Part shown: positions 10,178 to 20,095 of the stretch, piece after piece
Position numbering within the stretch: the first letter of the stretch is position 1
Layout: each line of letters opens with the position of its first letter
Source: a bacterium
GTDB taxonomy: Bacteria > Patescibacteriota > Patescibacteriia > Magasanikbacterales > GWA2-37-8
DNA: 59,502 nucleotides
Direction of reading: 5' to 3'
NCBI GenBank assembly: GCA_043821725.1
Contig: JBDRCM010000002.1
Coordinates: forward strand, 1 to 59,502
The notes under the pieces: generated by a model
Databases searched by the model: none
The model's input: only the letters and a program-made list of their open reading frames with translations
What the model was told of the DNA's origin: nothing
Made by a program: the position numbers and the translations under genes

Positions 10178-10593
10178 TGTCATTCTGAATCCCGACTTAT
10201 CCCGACTTAGTCGGGACTTATCCCGACTTAGTCGGGACTTATCCCGACTTAGTCGGGATGAAGAATCCCTTTAAATAATTCACTTGAATTAATTTGAATG
10301 ATCAGAGGGATCCTTCGCGGAGTTTATCCTCGAGCGTAGCGAAGGGCTCAGGATGACAGGTGAAGGGCTCAGGATGACAGATAAGCTCTTCGCAAAGTTT
10401 AGCACTATGTCATTCTGAACGTAATGAATGAGCGTAGCGAATGAATGAAGTGAAGAATCCCTCTGTTTACTGTGAGCTAAGGGATCCCTTCATTTCATTC
10501 AGGGCAAGCTCTTCGGTCGCTGAGTTTATCCCGACTTAGTCGGGATTTATCCCGACTTAGTCGGGACTCAGGATGACATAGTGCTAAACTTTG
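10178..10593. repeat. REP/BIME-like palindrome cluster
   Basis: Two TGTCATTCTGAA...GAAGAATCCCT...AGGGATCC...CTCAGGATGACA units; five TCCCGACTTAGTCGGGA palindromes (21-bp period); 25/26 inverted repeat 10393-10418 / 10568-10593. Confidence 0.85.
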
Positions 10594-10651
10594 TATGAGT
10601 TCATTATACATAATACATAAAGAATAATAAATATTCAAATGGTTCATTATC

Positions 10652-10680
10652 GGGTCTGTCGCGCAATGCACTTTCGTAGC
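10652..10680 (+). mobile_element. Degenerate left end of MITE family A
   Basis: GGGTCTGTCGCGCAATGCACTTTCGTAGC resembles GGGTCTGTCGACAAATGCGCTTTCGTGAC. Confidence 0.55.
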
Positions 10681-10813
10681 AGATCCTTATCAGATTATTT
10701 TTTTTGGTCAACATTTTAAATCGTGTTTGAATAAATTGTGTCATTGTAGTACAATAAATAAAGTGCTTAATCCACAGCGTATTTTGGAATCATATTATTA
10801 ATAAACAAAGCAT

Positions 10814-11890
10814 ATGAATTTTTTTTATAACATTATTAACTATCTTCGCCAAACCTCACTTGATGGCAATACTCTATTGGATTATTCAATAGCTTTGCTG
10901 ATTTTTTTCGGAGTATGGGCAATATTATATGTATTTAAGTCAATTTTTTTAAGCTATTTAAAAGCCCTCACTAAAAAGACAAAAAACAATTATGATGATT
11001 TGTTTGTTGATATATTGGACAATGTGGGTTATATAGCATATCCAACCGTTTCAATATATTTGGCTTCTCTTTACCTTAATCTGGCGCAGTGGCTGGACAA
11101 TTGCCTGTCTGTAATTTTTGTTATCCTGCTGGCTTATGAGGCCTCGCGAGCATTAAAAAGAATTTTTTCTTTTTATGCTGACAGATATATATCAAAACTG
11201 GAAGACCAATCAGATGCGCAATCAACAAAATCAATAATTAACATATTATGGAAGATGGCAATGGCTCTGATGTGGGTAGTTGTTGCCTTGCTTGTAATGT
11301 CAAATCTTGGGTTGAATGTTACTTCATTGGTGGCAAGTTTTGGTATTGGTGGAATTGCCATAGCTTTGGCCGTTCAAAATATTTTGGGAGATTTATTAAG
11401 CGCTTTTTCCATTTATCTTGACAAGCCATTTTCAGTTGGGGATTTTATCGTTGTAGGCGCAGATAAAGGAACTGTTGAAAAAATAGGCCTTAAATCCACG
11501 CGATTGCGCAGTATTACCGGTGAAGAATTGGTAATATCAAATAAAGAGCTTACGTCCGTTAGAATTAATAATTTTAAGCGCATGCAGCAAAGGCGCGATG
11601 ATTTTACTATTGGGGTTGAATACGGAACGCCAATTGAAAAATTAAAGAGTATACCAACAATCATCAAGCAAATTATTGATTCAATGGAAGATATTGATTT
11701 CATAAGGTGCCACTTTGTTAAACTGGCTGACTTTAGTTTGAATTTTAATGTTGTATTTTTTGTCAAATCAGCCGATTATGACGCTTTTTTGGATTTTAAG
11801 GAACAAATTCTTCTTGAAATTTATTCCAAATTTGGGGAAAAAGGGATTAAATTTGCTTTTCCAACACAGGAAATTATTTTAAAGAAATAG
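10814..11890 (+). CDS. mscS: Small-conductance mechanosensitive channel (MscS family)
   Basis: GIGGIAIALAVQNILGDL, DKPFSVGDFI, GTVEKIGLKSTRLR, GIKFAFPTQ motifs. Confidence 0.93.
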   Translation: MNFFYNIINYLRQTSLDGNTLLDYSIALLIFFGVWAILYVFKSIFLSYLKALTKKTKNNYDDLFVDILDNVGYIAYPTVSIYLASLYLNLAQWLDNCLSVIFVILLAYEASRALKRIFSFYADRYISKLEDQSDAQSTKSIINILWKMAMALMWVVVALLVMSNLGLNVTSLVASFGIGGIAIALAVQNILGDLLSAFSIYLDKPFSVGDFIVVGADKGTVEKIGLKSTRLRSITGEELVISNKELTSVRINNFKRMQQRRDDFTIGVEYGTPIEKLKSIPTIIKQIIDSMEDIDFIRCHFVKLADFSLNFNVVFFVKSADYDAFLDFKEQILLEIYSKFGEKGIKFAFPTQEIILKK

Positions 11891-11904
11891 AGTGGCGCAT
11901 AAGC

Positions 11905-12207
11905 ATGAAAATAAAAATACCAGAAAAAAGTGTTGAGGACGCAGAAAAGTTTATCCGTAGATGCGGTTATGGCAGAATTTTTAACAGAAAAATCAATAAA
12001 ATAAGTTATGCCCGTCGACTGCGCGGTTCTTTTTATCCTAGATTTCATATATATATGATAATCAAGACAAATAGTATTGAAATTAATTTGCATTTAGATC
12101 AAAGGCAGACAAGGTATAAAGGCGTAACAGCGCACAGTGGCGAATACAGCGGAGAGCTTGTGCAAGATGAAGCCAAAAGAATAAAAAATCGCATTTCAGC
12201 AAGCTAA
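11905..12207 (+). CDS. Conserved hypothetical protein
   Basis: 100 aa ORF co-oriented with neighbours; YPRFHIY, NLHLDQ, AHSGEYSG segments look protein-like. Confidence 0.75.
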   Translation: MKIKIPEKSVEDAEKFIRRCGYGRIFNRKINKISYARRLRGSFYPRFHIYMIIKTNSIEINLHLDQRQTRYKGVTAHSGEYSGELVQDEAKRIKNRISAS

Positions 12208-12218
12208 AAAAATTGTTT

Positions 12219-12338
12219 TGTTGCAGAAAAGCCAAAATTATGACATTTTAACTTCCCTGAAACCGGACATTTCTAAATCCTTACAAGTAGGACATTTTAA
12301 AATCCCTGAAAGTATGACATTTTAACTTCCCGTTGACA
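12219..12338. mobile_element. Orphan IS end / mini element with repeated GACATTT boxes (IS1202/ISNCY- or IS21-like)
   Basis: Four GACATTT(T) direct repeats at 12242, 12266, 12291, 12316 ending in TTGACA (TGT terminus on the minus strand); possible left TGT at 12219; no transposase. Confidence 0.6.
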
Positions 12339-12353
12339 AAATATTTAAGCTAC

Positions 12354-12382
12354 TTGAAGTAACAAGCGATTTATGGTAGCAT
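12354..12382 (+). promoter_or_regulatory. Sigma70-like promoter of secA
   Basis: TTGAAG-N17-TAGCAT with TG extension. Confidence 0.5.
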
Positions 12383-12419
12383 ATTCAAGCTTTTAGAGCT
12401 TTTTTTAAAATATATTTTT

Positions 12420-15185
12420 ATGACATTATTAACGAAAATATTCGGAGATCCAAACGCAAAAGCCATTAAAGAAGTTCAACCCATTGTTAATGAAATAAAC
12501 AATTTTGAATCAACAATGGCAGGGCTTGAAATTGTTGATTTGGCAAAAAAAACAGATGAATTCAAGCAAAGATTAAAAAATAATGAAAAATTGGATAATA
12601 TATTGCCTGAAGCATTTGCAGTTGTGCGTGAAACATCAAAGCGTTTGATGAAGATGAGGCATTATGATGTTCAGCTTGTAGGCGGAATTGTGCTTCATAG
12701 AGGTCAGATTGCTGAAATGGGAACTGGAGAAGGCAAGACCTTAGTGGCTACGTTGCCTGTATATTTGAATGCATTAACAGGCAAAGGTGTTCATGTTGTC
12801 ACAGTAAATGACTATTTGGCCAAAAGAGATGCCATTTGGATGGGTCAAATTTACAACGCACTTGGGCTTTCTGTTGGAATTGTTCAAAATCAAATGGTTT
12901 CATTCAAGTATCGTGCTGAAGCATTCACCAAAGTTGGCGAGCCGAATGATCTGGTTGAAGGTGGTCAAAAAGATGAAGAGCGCGACATCAAAGGAATGTT
13001 TAAGGTTGAAGATGATTTTTTGGAGCCGTGCACGCGCGCTGAAGCATATCAATGCGATATTGTGTATGGTACAAATAATGAATATGGCTTTGATTATTTG
13101 CGCGACAACATGGCACAGAATATAGAGGACAAGACACAGCGTCCTTTTTATTACGCAATCATCGACGAAGTTGATTCTATTTTAATAGATGAGGCGCGAA
13201 CACCTTTGATTATTTCAGCTCCGGCTGAAGATGCAACGCAGATGTATTACAAGTTTGCCGAGTTGGTAAGGCGGCTCAAGGAAAATGAGGATTATAATAT
13301 TGATGAGAAGATGAGGACCGCAACTTTATCCGAAGCCGGCATTTCAAATTTTGAAAGATGGCTCGGAGTTGATAATATATATGCAGAGGGTGGAGTAAGA
13401 ACAGTGCACCATATTGAACAAGCATTGCGGGCGCACGCTCTTTTTAAAATTAACAAGGATTATATAGTTGAAAATGGAGAAGTTATTATAGTGGATGAAT
13501 TTACCGGAAGAAAGATGCCGGGCAGAAGGTACAGCGAGGGCCTGCATCAGGCAATAGAAGCCAAGGAAAAAGCCACTATTCAACAGGAAAGCCAGACAAT
13601 GGCAACCATAACTTTTCAAAATTTATTCCGAATGTATGAAAAGCTCTCCGGAATGACTGGCACGGCCGTAACTGAGGCCGAAGAATTTGGCAAAATTTAC
13701 AATTTGGAAGTGGTAGTAATCCCGCCAAACAAGCCAAGCTCGCGCCATGATATGCCAGACAAGATATACAAGACCGAAGACGCCAAATTTAAAGCCATTG
13801 TGGCTCGTGTAAAAGAATTACAGGAAAAAAGCCAGCCGGTTTTGATTGGTACTGCTTCAGTTGATAAAAATGAGTTGTTAAGCGAGTATCTTACAATTGA
13901 AGGAATTGAGCATGAGATTTTAAATGCAAAGAACCATGAGCGTGAAGGTCAAATTATCGCACAAGCAGGAAGAGCTGGTCATGTTACTTTAGCGACCAAT
14001 ATGGCCGGACGCGGAGTTGATATTGTTTTAGGCGGAAATCCGGTAATTTTGGAAGAGCATGAAAATGTCAAGCGTGTTGGTGGTTTGTTTGTAATCGGCA
14101 CAGAGCGTCATGAGTCGCGGCGTATTGATAATCAATTGCGCGGACGGTCCGGAAGACAGGGAGATCCCGGAGTAACTCAGTTTTATCTTTCAACTGAAGA
14201 CGATCTTATGAGGATTTTTGCGGGCGACCGCATTAGATCGGTTATGAACACATTGCGCGTGCCAGATGACATGCCAATTGAACAAAAAAGTATTTCAAAA
14301 ATTATTCAATCCGCACAGAAAAAAGTGGAAGGCATACATTTTGATACCAGAAAGCACTTGCTTGAATATGACGACGTTCTTAATCGCCACCGTGAGGTAA
14401 TATACGGCAAGCGCGATGGCATACTTGAAAGTTTTAAAAAGCAAATTGATGGAGAGCAACTGCCAAAAGACAAAATTTTAAGAGCAAAAATTTTGGAAAT
14501 GGTTGAACAGGAGATTGAAAACGTAATTTCATTTCATACCAACACAGAGGATTTCAAGGGGTGGAACATTGAAGAGATTATAGAAAGTGTGTCAACCATA
14601 TTTCCACTTTCAGGCGATGAAAAGGAAAAAATTCAACGGCTTAGCCAAACGCAAAACGATCATAAAAAAATGGAAGGGGTTGAAACGAGAACCAATATGA
14701 TTGAATATATAGTGGAATTGGCAGGAAAGAAATACACTGAACTTCTTGTTGAAAAAGTGTCTGATGAGAAATTGTTATTTGAAATTGAAAAGCAGGTTTT
14801 GTTGAGAGCCATTGATAATTTATGGGTTGAGCACTTGGTTTCAATTGATTATCTGCGTACCGGCATAGGTTTACGCGGATATGGCCAGCGCGATCCGCTT
14901 GTTGAATATAAAAAGGAGACATATTTTATGTTTAACGAACTGCTTGGTTCAGTACAGCGCGAAGTTGCATATTTAATATATAAGATTAACATCGGCCTTC
15001 AATTGGCGCCGTCAGTGATGGAAAAAGGCAATTTAAAGCTTAGCGGAGCAAGCAAGACATCAAACGGATCTGAATATCCATCTCTCCATGCAAAGATTAA
15101 GAACGAGGATGGAAGCAAAGTGGGAAGAAATGATCCATGCCCATGCGGAAGCAACAAGAAATTTAAAAAATGTTGTGGGAAGTAG
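12420..15185 (+). CDS. secA: Preprotein translocase ATPase SecA
   Basis: EMGTGEGKT, IIDEVDSILIDEARTPLIIS, ATNMAGRGVDI, QLRGRSGRQGDPG, C-terminal GRNDPCPCGSNKKFKKCCG. Confidence 0.99.
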   Translation: MTLLTKIFGDPNAKAIKEVQPIVNEINNFESTMAGLEIVDLAKKTDEFKQRLKNNEKLDNILPEAFAVVRETSKRLMKMRHYDVQLVGGIVLHRGQIAEMGTGEGKTLVATLPVYLNALTGKGVHVVTVNDYLAKRDAIWMGQIYNALGLSVGIVQNQMVSFKYRAEAFTKVGEPNDLVEGGQKDEERDIKGMFKVEDDFLEPCTRAEAYQCDIVYGTNNEYGFDYLRDNMAQNIEDKTQRPFYYAIIDEVDSILIDEARTPLIISAPAEDATQMYYKFAELVRRLKENEDYNIDEKMRTATLSEAGISNFERWLGVDNIYAEGGVRTVHHIEQALRAHALFKINKDYIVENGEVIIVDEFTGRKMPGRRYSEGLHQAIEAKEKATIQQESQTMATITFQNLFRMYEKLSGMTGTAVTEAEEFGKIYNLEVVVIPPNKPSSRHDMPDKIYKTEDAKFKAIVARVKELQEKSQPVLIGTASVDKNELLSEYLTIEGIEHEILNAKNHEREGQIIAQAGRAGHVTLATNMAGRGVDIVLGGNPVILEEHENVKRVGGLFVIGTERHESRRIDNQLRGRSGRQGDPGVTQFYLSTEDDLMRIFAGDRIRSVMNTLRVPDDMPIEQKSISKIIQSAQKKVEGIHFDTRKHLLEYDDVLNRHREVIYGKRDGILESFKKQIDGEQLPKDKILRAKILEMVEQEIENVISFHTNTEDFKGWNIEEIIESVSTIFPLSGDEKEKIQRLSQTQNDHKKMEGVETRTNMIEYIVELAGKKYTELLVEKVSDEKLLFEIEKQVLLRAIDNLWVEHLVSIDYLRTGIGLRGYGQRDPLVEYKKETYFMFNELLGSVQREVAYLIYKINIGLQLAPSVMEKGNLKLSGASKTSNGSEYPSLHAKIKNEDGSKVGRNDPCPCGSNKKFKKCCGK

Positions 15186-15255
15186 TGAAATTTACGTCAA
15201 ATTTTATCCACTTGTAATAAATTACAAAAAAGCGTAAAATGAATTTCACATTGTT

Positions 15256-17307
15256 ATGACCAGCAAAAAGCAAATTACAAGACCAATTACACGATCCCGT
15301 CTAAGAGGCCATATTGTTTCAATAGCCATTATGGTTGTTTTTTGTATTGTCATGATTTTACCTAGCAATATAAACAAAGCAATCAGTTGGACCAATTCGC
15401 ATTATAATTTGGGCATTCCAAATATGCCGTCAGCAGGATTTAATTTGGGATTGGATCTTCAGGGAGGAGCTCACCTTGTTTATCAGGCAGAAACAAGCAA
15501 GATTGAGTCAAAAGACATAGCTGATTCTGTGGAAGGTGTAAGAGATGTGATTGAAAGGCGCGTCAGAGGAGGACTTGGCGTTGCTGAGCCATTGGTGCAA
15601 ACCACAAAGGTTGGAAGCGATTATCGCGTGATTATTGAGTTGCCTGGTGTTCAAGATGTAAATGAAGCCATTAAAATGATCGGTGAGACGCCAACTTTGG
15701 AATTTAAAGAAGAAAATAACGAGCCGGATAGGGTTCTAACTGAATCTGAGAAAGATCAGATGAGTGACTACAATGCACAGGCAGAAATATCTGCAAGTGA
15801 GATATTGAGCATGACTCTTGCAAGCCCGAATGATTTTAGCGCTTTGGTAGGGCAGTATTCTCAAGATGATTTAAGCAATCAGTCCAATGGCGATCTTGGA
15901 TTTATAGACGGCACAATTTGGCCGGAGATATACCAATGGGCGGCTGGGGCAAAAGACGGAGATGTCGGCAATGTTCCTATAAAAACAAGTGAAGGGTATA
16001 ATATAGTGAAAAGAACGTCATCTCGAGAATCTGAAGTTGAAATAAAGGCATCTCATTTATTGGTATGTTATGAAGGCGCTGACAGGTGCGATAATCCAAA
16101 ATACAAAACAAAAGATGAGGCGCGTAAAAAAATAGAGGAAATCAAAAAAAGCATAAGCACGTCAAATTTTTCTGCTCTGGTTAAGAAAAATTCAACTGAA
16201 CCAGGAGCTGACAAGACCGGCGGTGATCTTGGCTGGTTTGGGAAGGGCAGAATGGTGATTGAGTTTGAAAACGTTGTTTTTTCAATGAACAAAAATACTA
16301 TTTCAGATATAGTGGAAACACAGTTCGGTTTTCACATAATTTATAAACAAGATGAGCGAAAAAAGAGCGAGTATCAGGTCGCAAGAATTTTAATTAGAAC
16401 AAAAAGCGCGGCAGATATGGTGCCTCCGGAGGAAAAATGGGATAACACAGGACTCTCGGGAAAACAACTGAAGCGCGCGGAAGTAATTCAAGACCCTCAA
16501 AGTGGCCAAATACAAGTAAGCTTGAATTTTGATTCTGAAGGATCTGATTTGTTTGCCAAAATAACGGAGCGCAATACAGGAAAGCTTGTAGCCATTTTTC
16601 TTGATGGACAACCAATCAGTATTCCACGAGTAAATGAGCCGATTTTAAGCGGAAGCGCTGTTATTACCGGAGGATTTAATTTGCAGGAAGCTCAACTCCT
16701 TGCAAGGCGGCTTAACTCAGGCGCTTTGCCCGTGCCTATTAAGCTTATAAGCCAGCAGAAAGTTGATGCAACGCTTGGAGCTGAATCTTTACAAAAAAGT
16801 TATACTGCCGCGATTTACGGTTTGATTATGATAATTTTGTTCATGATTATATATTACCGACTGCCCGGTTTGATTGCCACTCTATCTCTTGGCATATATA
16901 CATTTTTGGCTTTGACGATTTTTAAATTAATGGGAGTTACACTTACTTTGTCAGGCATTGCAGGTTTTATTCTTTCACTTGGCATGGCTGTTGACGCGAA
17001 CGTTCTTATTTTTGAAAGATTAAAAGAAGAATTAAAAAGCGGACGCAGTTTAAGGCCGTCTATTGAAGATGCTTTTAAGAGGGCATGGCCTTCAATCAGA
17101 GACGGCAATATCACCACTCTTTTGAGCGCCACTTTTTTAGTATGGTTTGGAACCGGGTTTGTACAGGGATTTGCAGCCACATTGATAATCGGCGTGCTTT
17201 CAAGCATGTTTACCGCAATAGTAATCACCAAGGCAATTATGAGGTTTATAAGCTATTGGTTTAAAGATTCAGGCAACTGGTTATTCCTTGGGTTTAGAAA
17301 AAAGTAA
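15256..17307 (+). CDS. secD: SecD with inserted parvulin-type PPIase domains
   Basis: LGLDLQGG, RLNSGALP, GMAVDANVLIFER, IRDGNITT; the insertion contains ASHLL, GGDLGWF, ETQFGFHII. Confidence 0.95.
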   Translation: MTSKKQITRPITRSRLRGHIVSIAIMVVFCIVMILPSNINKAISWTNSHYNLGIPNMPSAGFNLGLDLQGGAHLVYQAETSKIESKDIADSVEGVRDVIERRVRGGLGVAEPLVQTTKVGSDYRVIIELPGVQDVNEAIKMIGETPTLEFKEENNEPDRVLTESEKDQMSDYNAQAEISASEILSMTLASPNDFSALVGQYSQDDLSNQSNGDLGFIDGTIWPEIYQWAAGAKDGDVGNVPIKTSEGYNIVKRTSSRESEVEIKASHLLVCYEGADRCDNPKYKTKDEARKKIEEIKKSISTSNFSALVKKNSTEPGADKTGGDLGWFGKGRMVIEFENVVFSMNKNTISDIVETQFGFHIIYKQDERKKSEYQVARILIRTKSAADMVPPEEKWDNTGLSGKQLKRAEVIQDPQSGQIQVSLNFDSEGSDLFAKITERNTGKLVAIFLDGQPISIPRVNEPILSGSAVITGGFNLQEAQLLARRLNSGALPVPIKLISQQKVDATLGAESLQKSYTAAIYGLIMIILFMIIYYRLPGLIATLSLGIYTFLALTIFKLMGVTLTLSGIAGFILSLGMAVDANVLIFERLKEELKSGRSLRPSIEDAFKRAWPSIRDGNITTLLSATFLVWFGTGFVQGFAATLIIGVLSSMFTAIVITKAIMRFISYWFKDSGNWLFLGFRKK

Positions 17308-17308
17308 T

Positions 17309-18214
17309 ATGAAAGAAATTAATATTATCAAACACAGCAACGTATGGCTTTCAATGGCCGTTATTGTTATGTTATCTTCAGTTATTCTTATTGCGATGTT
17401 TGGCCTTAGGCCCGGCATTGATTTTACAGGCGGTTCTTTGCTTGAAATAAAATTCAGTCAAATAAGGCCTGAAAACAAAGAAATAGTCACAGTATTAAAC
17501 AAAATGAATCTGAGTGAGAACGTTGTTCAAAAAACCGGCGCCAACAGCGTAATCATAAGAACAAAATTTTTGGAAGAAAATTCTCATCAAGAATTATTGA
17601 AAGCGCTTGGACAAAAATTCAGCGCAAACAACAACACAATAACTGAAAGCAGGTTTGAAACAATTGGCGCGGCTGTGAGCAAGCAGTTGCGATCGCGTTC
17701 AATTTGGGCGGTATTCTTTGTGGTTTTGTCTATTGTCCTTTATGTGGCTTATGCTTTTCGCAAGGTTTCAAGACCTGTGGAGAGTTGGAAATACGGAATT
17801 TTAGCCATTGTGGCGCTTGTGCATGATGTTTTGGTTGTTTTGGGCGTGTTCGCAGTTTTAGGAAAAATATGGGGCGTTGAAATAAATATACCAATAGTTG
17901 TTGCCTTGCTCACCGTGCTTGGTTATTCAGTGAACGACACAATAGTGATTTATGACAGAATACGCGAGAATATATTAAGAACGCGTTGGGAAAACTTTGG
18001 AGATGTTATTAATACAGGATTAAATCAAAGTTTAATGCGTTCAATTAACACCACCATTACCACCCTGATGCCTCTGTTTGCATTGTTTTTTATTGGTGGC
18101 TCAACAATACATTACTTTAGCTTGGCGCTCATAATAGGGATAGCCAGCGGAGCTTATTCTTCCATCTTTATTGCTTCTCCTTTGCTTGTTATTATTGGCA
18201 GTCAAAAAAAATAA
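17309..18214 (+). CDS. secF: Protein translocase subunit SecF
   Basis: GIDFTGG, ALVHDV, GYSVNDTIVIYDRIRE, RSINT, GAYSSIFIASP. Confidence 0.97.
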   Translation: MKEINIIKHSNVWLSMAVIVMLSSVILIAMFGLRPGIDFTGGSLLEIKFSQIRPENKEIVTVLNKMNLSENVVQKTGANSVIIRTKFLEENSHQELLKALGQKFSANNNTITESRFETIGAAVSKQLRSRSIWAVFFVVLSIVLYVAYAFRKVSRPVESWKYGILAIVALVHDVLVVLGVFAVLGKIWGVEINIPIVVALLTVLGYSVNDTIVIYDRIRENILRTRWENFGDVINTGLNQSLMRSINTTITTLMPLFALFFIGGSTIHYFSLALIIGIASGAYSSIFIASPLLVIIGSQKK

Positions 18215-18298
18215 TAGTCCTGCATTGCGATTTATCGCAATTAAAATTAAGAAGAGCATTCTTCTTCAAGTTTTATGTTATTTGTGGTATACTTTAAT

Positions 18299-18410
18299 GG
18301 GTTTGTTCCATAATTTATGAACCGCTCTCTGTGTCAAGATCCGCTAAGCAGGATCCTCACTGCGTTGCGTTAAACAATTTCGTTGCGAAAGCGTATTTAG
18401 CGACAGACCC
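18299..18410 (-). mobile_element. MITE family A, short variant (112 bp) with TTAAT TSD
   Basis: Reverse complement matches the left part of copy 2; flanked by TTAAT on both sides. Confidence 0.75.
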
Positions 18411-18447
18411 TTAATGTAAGTTGGCCATTAATTTGCTTAAAAAAGTT

Positions 18448-18609
18448 ATGAATGATAATTTAACAAGGCATTTAGTCGCGATGTTGGCAACATTGATATG
18501 TTTGCTTGCATATTATAGCGGATATGTTTCAGGGTTGTTTGGTTGGTGGTGGACAGTGTTCGCAGTGCTGATTATTTATGCGGCCGTATATAAAATAATT
18601 GACAGATAG
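18448..18609 (+). CDS. Small 2-TM membrane protein
   Basis: Hydrophobic 53-aa ORF immediately before the next gene. Confidence 0.6.
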   Translation: MNDNLTRHLVAMLATLICLLAYYSGYVSGLFGWWWTVFAVLIIYAAVYKIIDR

Positions 18610-18613
18610 TTAT

Positions 18614-20095
18614 ATGATCCCTTTTGTGATTGAACTGCCTTTTGGAATAAGCGCGGATATTTCTTTTTGGATAACGCTGTTTAGCTGGCCGATTTTTGAT
18701 ATTATTAAAAGTATTATCGCTATTATAGGATGGACAATAATTGCGTCTATTTTTTTCTACATGGGTTCCATTCTGTTTGTTAATTATCGGTCGTTAAAAT
18801 ACATGGCAAGTTGGGAATGGGTTGTGCTTGCAGTTGATATTCCGGAGGAGCTTGTCCAGAGCCCAAAAGCCGTTGAACAGATATTTGCGCATCTTAGCGG
18901 GTCGCTTGAAGACATTACTGTTGTTGAAAAATATTGGAAAGGAAAGACGCAAAAATGGTTTAGTTTAGAAATAATAAGCATAGAAGGGTATATACAATTT
19001 TTGATTATCACAGAGGACGAACATAGAGACTTGGTTGAAGCCGCAATTTATGCGCAATATCCGGAAGCTGAAATAACAGAGGTTGAGGATTATACAGGCA
19101 ATATTCCAAATAATTATCCAAACGATACCCACAAAATGATTGGCATTGAGTTTGCATTGGCTCAGGCCGACTCATATCCTATACGAACTTACAGTGAGTT
19201 TGAACATAGTTTTAGTAAGGATATAGTTTTTAATGATCCCATGGCTGCATTGTTGGAGAATTTTAGTCGGCTTGGAGCCGGAGAAAATTTATGGATGCAG
19301 ATTGTGATTTATCCGACAGATAACAGCTGGAAAGAGCAGGGCATTGAGCTTGCCAAGAGCTTAATTGAACAAAGACCTCCAAACCAACCAAATACATTTA
19401 TCAATAAATTAGGGGCACTCCCCATGAAGATAGGGGAGGAAGTCATTAATGTTTGGAAATGGAGTTTTGAGCCGGCAGAGGAAGATGCTATTAAAAAAGA
19501 GGAAAGAACCAAGACGGTTTCAGAGCTCAGTCCGGGAATGAGAACAACCGTTGAATCAATAGAGGAAAAATTATCGCGAATTGGCTTTAAAACAAAAATA
19601 AGAGTAATGTATTCGGCAAATAATGATATTTTCAAACCGTCCAAGTGCATGAATGGTTTGATAGGTTCAATCAATCAGTTTTTTAACAGTTCGCGCAACG
19701 GTTTTGTTCCCAAACTCAGTACGAAATTGAAAGACAAGGCCAATCATAAATTTATTCAATCATATATTAATCGCAAGCTCACGACAGGCCTAAACCCATA
19801 TATTTTAAATATTGAAGAGCTGGCAACAATATGGCATTTTCCATTGGCATTTGTTAAAACGCCTCTAATACAAAAAACGGCCAGCAAACGCGCTGAACCT
19901 CCGATTGACTTGCCATCTGAAAGCATTATTTTTGATCGTAAAATCGCAGAAGAAGAAATTCGCAAGCAGGAACCCAAAAAAGTTGTTACAGATGCTGACG
20001 GCAATATTGATGAAGCAGGTATTGATTTCGGCCAGATTGAATATAACAATACCGCAGAAGAAGAAAAATTCAGCGATGATCAGCAATTTGGCTGA
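18614..20095 (+). CDS. Membrane-anchored hypothetical protein of the type accompanying CPR VirB4/TraG-like ATPases
   Basis: N-terminal TM; PKAVEQIFAHL, FSLEI, IYAQYPEAEI, YPIRTY, ILNIEELATIWHFP; family link is from recall, not a search. Confidence 0.65.
   Translation: MIPFVIELPFGISADISFWITLFSWPIFDIIKSIIAIIGWTIIASIFFYMGSILFVNYRSLKYMASWEWVVLAVDIPEELVQSPKAVEQIFAHLSGSLEDITVVEKYWKGKTQKWFSLEIISIEGYIQFLIITEDEHRDLVEAAIYAQYPEAEITEVEDYTGNIPNNYPNDTHKMIGIEFALAQADSYPIRTYSEFEHSFSKDIVFNDPMAALLENFSRLGAGENLWMQIVIYPTDNSWKEQGIELAKSLIEQRPPNQPNTFINKLGALPMKIGEEVINVWKWSFEPAEEDAIKKEERTKTVSELSPGMRTTVESIEEKLSRIGFKTKIRVMYSANNDIFKPSKCMNGLIGSINQFFNSSRNGFVPKLSTKLKDKANHKFIQSYINRKLTTGLNPYILNIEELATIWHFPLAFVKTPLIQKTASKRAEPPIDLPSESIIFDRKIAEEEIRKQEPKKVVTDADGNIDEAGIDFGQIEYNNTAEEEKFSDDQQFG

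Noticed and set aside
10191-10258. Possible CRISPR array
   Set aside because: 21-bp tandem palindromes with no unique spacers and no cas genes
10399-10406. TTAGCACT half-CIRCE
   Set aside because: Partner arm is ~170 bp away as part of a repeat; not N9 spacing
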